Source: Nemertoderma westbladi (lineage: Eukaryota; Animalia; Xenacoelomorpha). Taken from it: a stretch of DNA of 32,261 bases. Positions within the stretch are counted from its first letter, which is position 1. Each line of letters starts with the position of its first letter. The notes under the pieces were generated by a model, which worked only from the letters and a program-made list of their open reading frames with translations, was not told the origin of the DNA and searched no databases. A program made the translations under genes and the position numbers. The stretch is taken from contig JAUCBJ010006055.1 of NCBI GenBank assembly GCA_032718475.1, positions 1 to 32,261 on the forward strand, read 5' to 3'. Positions 22,550 to 32,261 of this stretch are shown here, one piece after another.

Positions 22550-23963
22550 TCACTCTTATCAATCCTGTCAAAGGTTCTAGAACGTATAGTATTTATACAG
22601 TTTGTTGCATACCTTGTCGAGTACAAGATTCTAGACCCCCTTCAATCTGGCTTCCGAAAGGGCTTCTCTGTAGTCTGTAGAGACATGTCTACTGTTCCTG
22701 AATGACGTCATCAAAACATCTGCAGACAATGGCATGGTGACTGGGGTTATACTAATAGACCTTCGCAAAGCATTTGACACCGTCAGCCATGAAATCCTTC
22801 TAAAAAAGCTATCACTAATAGGCTTTAAATCATCAGCAGTAGCATGGTTCCACTCGTATTTGGAGAATAGAAAACAGGTTGTCTGTGTTGGGGGGGTATG
22901 TTCGAGTGAAGCGATAGTAGATACAGGAGTACCACAAGGAGGTCTATTGGCAGTTTTGCTCTTCTTAATATATGGAAACGACCTAAATATGGCCATCAAC
23001 CCGGCTATATGCTTCTCTGGATCAAATCTACAGTCATTGCGACCCAAAGATGAACTCCATAGCGTAAACCTAGAACCCCAAACAGAGTCGGATGTAACTT
23101 CTACAGAACCACATACTTTGTCCCTGAAGCTAGCCGATGATGCCAACCTCATTGCCTCCCACCAAAACCCATCAGCTGTTGCAAATACGCTAGAAATTAT
23201 GCTAGACAAAGTATACTCATGGGCTACTGAAAACAAATTAAGTTTGAACTTCGAAAAAACTAAAAGCATTCTTTTTGGAACTCATCAGCGACTAAACAAC
23301 GCTCACCCGCTCAATATTACATGCGCTGGGATCCCTATTGAAGAAAAAAAAACTGTGAAATATTTAGGGTGTTTCTTGAATGCCAACATATCAGGTGATT
23401 CAATGGCAGCAAAAGTTATAAAGAAATGCAACTCAACTCTACGATTCCTTTACCGACAGGGGTCTATACTCGATTATTACACCAAAAGGTTGCTTTGTAA
23501 TGCTCTAATTCAACCTCACTTGGACTTTGTATCATCCTGCTGGTACTATAGCACAAGCAAAGGGCTACAGAACCAACTACAGACACTCCAACGGAAGTAC
23601 ATACGATTCTGCCTGGGACTGCACCACCGGACACACATAACGCAAGACCACTATATAAAAATGTCATGGCTAGCTATTGACACTCGTGTTGAGCAAAGCA
23701 TATTATGTCACATGTATCGTATTAGTCGCGGCCTATCCCCACCATATCTCGAGAACTTAGTTATTTTCGACCCAACTGGAATTAACCTTCGTAGGAGCGA
23801 GAACCGAGCCGTAATCCCCTCACGCAGAACTGCTGTTGGGTGTGAAACGCTGTCATTCTTAGGCCCGAGTCTATGGAACTCCCTGCCCAATAAACTAAAA
23901 AGTAAAATATCCCTGGAGTCATTTAAACATGGGATCAAAAACCACTATTTGAATATGCGCTAA
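22550..23963 (+). pseudogene. Decayed LINE reverse transcriptase (3' part of ORF2)
   Basis: SLLSILSKVLERIV..QSGFRKGFS, then IDLRKAFDTVSH, GVPQG, ADD, LNFEKTK, KYLG, LWNSLP; 7-bp duplication TCTGTAG (22667-22680) shifts the frame; YADD reads KLADD. Confidence 0.93.
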
Positions 23964-25436
23964 CAACAGCATGGATATGATACGTACATACTATGATATC
24001 CTAACTCCTAATTATTAGTGATATGATGCTAATTTATAACAGCTGTCTTTAACAAACGGCCTGTGACATGGTGCTGATCAATAATTCTAGAACCCTATAA
24101 GCCCTAACCCCCTTTAAATATGTATTTTTTAATATACTATGTATTTGTATTACTTTCATTTTTAATCTTAGTTATGTGCATGTTGTTTTATACTTCAGTG
24201 TATTTACGAACTCTTATAAATGCTTTATTAACAAATGCCCTTACTTGCGGGTACCGATAAGCTGGCTCTATGCTATTATAAATATTATAGTGATATGATA
24301 ACTGATTAATGATAAAATAAATAACTCTTAAAACTCAGTATCTTATAGTATACTATGTATTTTAACTTTTGGTATATTTATAGTGTATTTTATAAGTATT
24401 TTAACTAAGTATTTTATATTTCGGGTGTATTTAACAGGCTCTTTTAATAACTTTTTCAACGAATGGCCTTAATGAACAGCCGTCTTGGATTAATAATGGA
24501 GTAACTGTATAGTACTGTATGTAAGAACCTTATTCAGAACCTTATTCTATTTTATCTCCATTAACATATTTATATTTTAATGTACGTCCTTTTACTGTGT
24601 ATTTCCCTACACATTTCGGGTAATAATTTCGTTAATATTTTGATTGTTGCTGGGAATGGATAATTAAATTCGTACAGTAAGTACGAATTTAAATCGTTCA
24701 TAATTAATCTATTGTAATTTTTATTTAAATCCGTGTACTCTAGTAATCTGTGTAATCCTAGTAATCCGTGTAATCTGTATCATAATTAATCTATTGTAAT
24801 TTTTATTTAAATCCGTGTAATCTAGTAGGTACGAATTCAAACCGAATCTAACTCATTTATTTTATTTCGTATGTAACTTCGTGTAATCTTTATATCGATG
24901 ATTGTGTATTTGTGATACTCCTGCCATGCCAATCAATACCACACAGACCATACTACAATCCACCACAGCTCTATACTAAATGTTATATTACTCCGACCAC
25001 TCCCCTCGAACACATTCCAACTCCATTTTACACACGCCTACTAACCACACATTTACCACTACCGACAGACAATTACCACACCGACCATACCGATAACCTC
25101 CTCGCCTTAAGGGGACCCCCATGAAAACGAGACCATGTCTCTTGGGGCTATCCCCGACATCATCTAGACTCACACTCACCATGCAAAACTTACCCATTAC
25201 TCAACCACCTCTTACACAGGAAACGCTGACCACAAATTGCCAACGAAATGCACTCTGACAACACACTTACATTATAGCCTAACTCTGTAACTAACTGTCT
25301 CAATTTATTTGTTGCATTAACTACAGAACTATAAATACTGTATAATGGATTATCTTGTTATCTTGTTCCTTCCGGTAATGTTTAATTATGCAGATTTACT
25401 TTACTTATTTGATGTCAATTAAACAATTTCAATTTC
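22550..25436 (+). mobile_element. 5'-truncated CR1/L2-group LINE (Crack/Daphne-like) with long 3' UTR
   Basis: RT fragment followed by about 1.45 kb of UTR with a hairpin GGGGACCCCCATGAAAACGAGAC-CAT-GTCTCTTGGGGCTATCCCC (25111-25155) and tail ATTAAA-CAATTT-CAATTTC (25418-25436). The 3' boundary is less certain than the RT. Confidence 0.75.
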
Positions 25437-25552
25437 TTACCAGTAGTCCTACATTATAGGGTACCGCTATCTACTGATCTACCGGTATTTATTTTTACTA
25501 GCTATTTATATCAGTATATCCTGAATCCCGCTATCGGCGGTGGCTATCAACA

Positions 25553-27130
25553 ATGGCACCAAGACCAATGAAGGTCGCTAAATGCCCAACAGATGAATTA
25601 AGTCTCACTAATTGCGCAATTGTAAACCCCGACGATTTCAACGTAAATGACGTGAAATTTATCGTTATTTACATCGAATCGCGTCAATTCTATTTCAGCG
25701 TGAAATCCCACAAGGGAGTCGATCGGAACTGCGTCGGGTTCAGTTTACCGCAACGGCGATGGTTGCAGCTGACGTTCGGGCAAGAGATCGGAGTCGAACC
25801 TATCAGGTTTAAGAGTAGCGACTATTTGGCTATGGTAACGTTGCAGGTCGATTTTATTAACAAGAAATCCGCCACTCAGGAACCTTTCAATACAGATGAA
25901 ATGGCGCGGGAATTCAACATGTTATTCCACGATCAGGCCTTTATGGAAGGTCAACTATTGGCCTTCCCGTTACCCGGTAAGCGAACCCTTTTGGCGACGG
26001 TTTCTTCCTTGGAGGCGGTTGATGTTTCCAACGTAAAGAAGAACGAGTTGAGCGCCCCTCGTAAGGTTCGCTTCGGGGTGTCTTTTCCGAACAGCGTGAT
26101 CATATTCGAGAAGGCGGAAGGATCCCCGATCGTTCTCACGGGGAAATCTCGGGGAAAAACGGCGCGGCAAAATATAATTAACCCGGATTGGGACTTCAAG
26201 AAGATGGGAATCGGAGGCTTAGATAAACAGTTTAACGATATATTCCGTCGCGCGTTCGCTAGTCGCGTATTCCCACCCGAGATCGTGGAGCAGATCGGGA
26301 TGAAACACGTCCGCGGTTTGCTGCTGTTCGGTCCCCCGGGGACCGGGAAGACGTTGATGGCGAGAACGATAGGGATGATGCTGCACGCCCGAGAGCCCAA
26401 GGTGGTCAACGGTCCCGAGATCCTAAACAAATACGTGGGAGAGTCGGAGGCCAACATCCGGAAGCTCTTCGGGGAGGCGGAAGAGGAGCAGAAGCGTTGC
26501 GGCAACCAGAGCGGGTTGCATATCATTATCTTTGATGAGATAGACGCGATATGTAAGCAGCGGGGTGGAGGCGGGGGCGGCACCGGGGTACACGACACCG
26601 TCGTCAATCAGCTGCTCAGTAAGATCGACGGCGTCGACCAACTCAACAACATCCTCGTCATCGGGATGACAAACCGACGGGATCTCATCGACGACGCGTT
26701 GCTGCGACCTGGCCGCATGGAGATCCAGATGGAGATCGGTCTCCCCGATGAGAAGGGCCGTCTACAGATCCTCGACATCTACTGCTCCAGGATGCGCAAC
26801 TCCAAGCACCTCTCGGAGGACGTCGACCTCGCCGAACTCTCCGTGCTCACGAAGAACTTTAGCGGCGCGGAGATCGAGGGTTTGGTTCGGTGCGCGCAGA
26901 GCACCGCGATGAATCGGATGGTGAATGTGAACAAGGTGGACGTGGATTACGAAGCCGCGGAGAATATGAAGGTTTTCCGGGGCGATTTCCTCAACGCCTT
27001 GGAGAACGACATCAAGCCGGCCTTCGGTGTCTCTGCGGAACAGTTCGAGATGTACATTATCAACGGGATCATCAACTTCAGCCCGTCCATTCCCGCCCTA
27101 CTCGAAGACGGAAACCTACTGATCCAACAG
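25553..27130 (+). CDS. NSF: N-ethylmaleimide-sensitive factor (vesicle-fusing ATPase), coding exon 1 (526 codons; N domain + D1)
   Basis: [17 protein letters not shown] start, [29 protein letters not shown], Walker A GPPGTGKT, Walker [27 protein letters not shown]; donor CAG|GTTAGT at 27130/27131, phase 0. Confidence 0.98.
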
Positions 27131-27234
27131 GTTAGTATGTTATACATCTAGTCAGATTACAGACATCGAGATAGTTTCTGTCTATTCAATCAAAGCAAAC
27201 AGTCGACCGAAGCTGGAGGTAAGGGTGGACGGGA

Positions 27235-29202
27235 CGCTACTCCTATCTGCTACCCGAAGGTAGTTGTTGGCGCTGCTCCTATCTGCTACCCGGGGGTAGG
27301 GTTGGGCGCTACTCCTGTCTGCTACCCGAAGGTAGGGGTTGGCGCTGCTCCTATCTGCTACCCGAAGGTAGGGGTGGGCGCTACTCCTATCTGCTACCCG
27401 AGGGTACGGTTGGACGCTACTCCTATCTGCTACACTAAGGTAGGGGTAGGCGCTACTCCTATCTGCTACACTAAGGTAGGGGTAGGCGCTACTCCTATCT
27501 GCTACCCGAAGGTAGTTGTTGGCGCTGCTCCTATCTGCTACCCGAGGGTAGGGTTGGACGCTACTCCTGTCTGCTACCCGAAGGTAGGGGTTGGCGCTGC
27601 TCCTATCTGCTACCCGAAGGTAGGGGTGGGCGCTACTCCTATCTGCTACCCGAAGGTAGGGGTTGGCGCTACTCCTATCTGCTACACTAAGGTAGGGGTA
27701 GGCGCTACTCCTATCTGCTACCCAAAGGTAGTTGTTGGCGCTGCTCCTATCTGCTACCCGAGGGTAGGGTTGGACGCTACTCCTGTCTGCTACCCGAAGG
27801 TAGGGGTTGGCGCTGCTCCTATCTGCTACCCGAAGGTAGTTGTTGGCGCTGCTCCTATCTGCTACCCGAGGGTAGGGTTGGACGCTACTCCTGTCTGCTA
27901 CCCGAAGGTAGAGGTTGGCGCTACTCCTATCTGCTACACTAAGGTAGGGGTAGGCGCTACTCCTATCTGCTACCCGAAGGTAGTTGTTGGCGCTGCTCCT
28001 ATCTGCTACCCGAGGGTAGGGTTGGACGCTACTCCTGTCTGCTACCCGAAGGTAGGGGTTGGCGCTGCTCCTATCTGCTACCCGAAGGTAGGGGTGGGCG
28101 CTACTCCTATCTGCTACCCGAAGGTAGGGGTTGGCGCTACTCCTATCTGCTACCCGAAGGTAGGGGTGGGCGCTACTCCTATCTGCTACCCGAAGGTAGG
28201 GGTTGGCGCTGCTCCTATCTGCTACCCGAGGGTAGGGGTGGGCGCTACTCCTATCTGCTACCCGAAGGTAGGGGTTGGCGCTACTCCTATCTGCTACCCG
28301 AAGGTAGGGGTGGGCGCTACTCCTATCTGCTACCCGAAGGTAGGGGTTGGCGCTGCTCCTATCTGCTACCCGAGGGTAGGGTTGGACGCTACTCCTATCT
28401 GCTACCCGAAGGTAGGGGTTGGCGCTACTCCTATCTGCTACACTAAGGTAGGGGTAGGCGCTACTCCTATCTGCTACCCGAAGGTAGGGGTGGGCGCTAC
28501 TCCTATCTGCTACCCGAAGGTAGGGGTTGGCGCTACTCCTATCTGCTACCCGAAGGTAGGGGTTGGCGCTACTCCTATCTGCTACCCGAAGGTAGGGGTT
28601 GGCGCTACTCCTATCTGCTACACTAAGGTAGGGGTAGGCGCTACTCCTATCTGCTACCCGAAGGTAGGGGTGGGCGCTACTCCTATCTGCTACCCGAAGG
28701 TAGGGGTTGGCGCTACTCCTATCTGCTACCCGAAGGTAGGGGTTGGCGCTACTCCTATCTGCTACCCGAAGGTAGGGGTTGGCGCTACTCCTATCTGCTA
28801 CACGAAGGTAGGGGTGGACGCCACTCCTATCTGCTACCCGAGCGAGGGTAGGGGTGGACGCTACTCCTATCTGCTACCCGAAGGTAGGGGTTGGCGCTAC
28901 TCCTATCTGCTACACGAAGGTAGGGGTGGACGCCACTCCTATCTGCTACCCGAGCGAGGGTATGGGTGGACGCTACTCCTATCTGCTACCCGAAGGTAGG
29001 GGTTGGCGCTACTCCTATCTGCTACCCGAAGGTAGGGGTTGGCGCTACTCCTATCTGCTACACGAAGGTAGGGGTGGACGCCACTCCTATCTGCTACCCG
29101 AGCGAGGGTAGGGGTGGACGCTACTCCTATCTGCTACCCGAAGGTAGGGGTTGGCGCTACTCCTATCTGCTACCCGAAGGTAGGGGTGGGCGCTACTCCT
29201 AT
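27235..29202. repeat. 36-bp intronic minisatellite, about 54 copies
   Basis: Unit GCTACTCCTATCTGCTACCCGAAGGTAGGGGTTGGC; three 40-bp variants (CCCGAGCGAGGG) near 28840, 28950, 29100. Confidence 0.98.
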
Positions 29203-29342
29203 CCCAAGTTGTACTCCCAGTAATTCAACTGGTCCTCATTTTATCATCCCCTGATGAAAGGCTGTGTGGACCCGGGCTGGGCTCGAACCTACAACCAATA
29301 GATTGCAGGCCCAGCGCAGAACCACCTGAGTTATTACCCGCC
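29203..29342 (-). mobile_element. 5' part of a tRNA-derived MetaSINE-like element in the NSF intron
   Basis: - strand: A-box-like TAACTCAGGTGG, B box GGTTCGAGCCC (29289-29279), then CACACAGCCTTTCATC...GATAAAATGAGGACCAG resembling the Meta domain; runs straight into the minisatellite. Confidence 0.75.
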
Positions 29343-29453
29343 TTCTAGGTAGTTTTGATTTTTATCCTTTTCTACATAAAATATGTTAATGAGCGGTTCT
29401 GTGCGGGTGGAGAAAACTGTTCAGAGTGATTTTATTTCAAATTAATTTATTAA

Positions 29454-30134
<681 letters not shown>

Positions 30135-31051
30135 ATCCACGCACCGGGGTTGATGGAAGGAAATTTTATTTTCGGAAGCATAAAATATGATCCATCATAT
30201 TTATCTCTACGCGCTGACAACACGACTTTTCGTTTTGAAAACCAAATTGACAGCTCTAACTTTTTAAGTTGTGAATCATTTTCAAATACTAAACCTATTC
30301 AATAGGCTAAAGTTAATAATTATTATTGTTTAAATTGATTACCAACTGTATGTGACTGCGTACCAACTGTGTGATACCAACTGTAATAACAACAGCAATT
30401 AATTGGCTCTAAGAAAAAAATTTACACGGTGATCATCAAGTGAAGCCATAATATAATATATTTTCGTTTCATTAACCCCGTTACTTATTTTAATCGGTGC
30501 AGTAGTTTGATTAATTATAGTGATTTCACTTGGCAAAATTATATGTTTTAAATAATTCAGTGTTTACTTTGTATAGCCTAGCTAGATAATATGTGGAACT
30601 CTTTACACCGTTATCATTGAACCTCTACAGAGGAAAGTCGACGCAAATATACAGCTAGTTACGAGTAAAACCTGTGGTATTGATTATCGTTTAGTGTTTT
30701 GGTTGGAATAACATGCCACTTGCCACTGTCATCTGCCCCTTTCCTATAATTGACAATTTTTTAATTTCAGTGTATCACTTTTGTCTCGGTGCCTCTCTGT
30801 GTATTAATGTAATCCAATTATTGTTTGCTTCGTGTTTTATATTATACAAATACAATGTATAATAACGTGGGATTCTGGTTACAGGTTGATATTATTTTAT
30901 TCCAAAATGTCCAAAAAAACATTGCTTATCGTCCACTATTTACAGACTGTTGTAATACCCCACCTCCCTGATTGCCATTCTCGTATTCCGTTATTTATGG
31001 TACCAGGTACCTCTCAACATACTAAGTTTTATTGATATTGTAATATTTTGG

Positions 31052-31057
31052 AATAAA
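31052..31057 (+). terminator. Candidate NSF polyadenylation signal
   Basis: First AATAAA I could find downstream of the NSF stop (about 0.9 kb 3' UTR). Confidence 0.35.
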
Positions 31058-32261
31058 GCTACATGCATACTTGTTAGAAATACTTTATTCTTATCCTCGT
31101 ATCTCTATTTGCACTCACTCGTTGTGTTCGTTCGTGAAACAAAGCAATCGGATTGTCACTCTGTATAAAGTGCTACTGTTCCTAGTGCTGCTAAAGCTGC
31201 TATTAAATAGTTTTTACGTAATTTACATTTTCAAGCACTTTAAATGTTAAATGGGGAAAATTACATAACACACGATAGTTGGTCAAAGTAACTACCGCTA
31301 TTATTATATTCGCAATTATTCTCTGCAGTCTCGCATTATTTATACTGCATTATTATGTTGCAAGGATTCCAAAAATGTAAAGTTGTATGAATTTTGTAGT
31401 TTGTACAGTAGAATTAACTGTAATACAATCCTTCTTTAGACCCCCGGTAGTTAATATAACGGTTGAGTAATATATTACAATATTCCTTTAAATTCCATGC
31501 AGATTTTATATAATTATATGTTATTATTAACATGAAATGGATTTGTAATAATGTTCTACTCCACCGTTGTCAATATTATTTTAAAATTACTTTGTTTTGC
31601 AATTTTTGAAGTAGAATTGATTATTCCGAAACATTTATTTATTCACCTATGTATTTTTTATAACTTGAATATACTGAAGAGTAAATGTTATAATATAGTT
31701 GTTACATATTGTTGTTGGAAGGATAGAAATCCACAATATCACCCCATCATCCCCTCCATCTCACCTCCTTTCAATCTGCCTCGGGTGTTTGAGAGTAATT
31801 CTATTGATTATGTATGCGCGACGAACGAGCTACTTTACTTATTGCGTTGATGAGGTGTGGTTATATAAACGGGTTGGAGCGAACCTTGAATGAGCTTCCT
31901 TGTTCCAGGCAGCAGGTGCTAGAGATTGATGGGTTAATTCGCGGCCGTAGCCATGGTGATGTGTAACTCTACGGTAGATTTCTTGGTTCATTTCTATGTC
32001 TGTCTCACGGATAAAACGAAAAGGATTGCATTGTATGGCACGCATGTCTTTCCCAAGCACGGAAATCGCACAACATAGCTCTAATGGCCACGGCACAGCA
32101 TAGCACATGTTGCTTAGAACTGGAGTTTTACCTGTCTTGAGACTAATATCAAATACAAGTCGCGTCGCACTCCCATGATTAAGATAAAATCATACAATCC
32201 GCGACTAGTCGACTTTTAGGGCGTCCATTATGGAATCAAATATATTTGGACTAGAACTACA

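Noticed and set aside
27131-27151. NSF ending at VSMLYI* as a 532-aa protein
   Set aside because: Read-through into the intron; the D2 domain continues at 29484.
27302-28999. 565-aa (GATPICYPKVGV)n ORF
   Set aside because: Translation of the 36-bp intronic minisatellite; TTG start; NSF splices cleanly across it.
31700-32261. Moderately GC-rich stretch with an 89-aa minus-strand ORF
   Set aside because: No recognisable motif in any frame I translated and no clear splice signals.

Overview
Repeat-rich, AT-rich animal (probably invertebrate) genomic DNA; nothing prokaryotic and no CRISPR array. One intact host gene is clearly supported: NSF (vesicle-fusing AAA+ ATPase, 742 aa), + strand, two coding exons (25553-27130, 29484-30134). 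Its single intron is mostly a 36-bp minisatellite that appears to have expanded inside a tRNA-derived MetaSINE-like element. The rest is nested mobile DNA: a probable LTR retroelement 5' half with a frameshifted gag-like ORF running off the left edge; a near full-length RTEX-like LINE (ORF1 + APE/RT ORF2 with an LMDD motif, 4-bp frameshift) inserted into a 156-bp tandem duplication; a 5'-truncated CR1/L2-group LINE ending about 116 bp upstream of the NSF ATG; Mutator-like non-autonomous elements (one with a 9-bp TSD); a second tRNA SINE; an inverted (fold-back) 31-bp satellite; two G-rich minisatellites; and a decayed fibrinogen-domain exon. Most long ORFs at 7.5-8.8, 15.5-18.2 and 27.3-29.2 kb are translated tandem repeats. 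I found no convincing new multi-gene system; the best leads concern satellite birth inside mobile elements and unusual retroelement translation or active-site features. All family assignments are by eye from motifs, without database searches.
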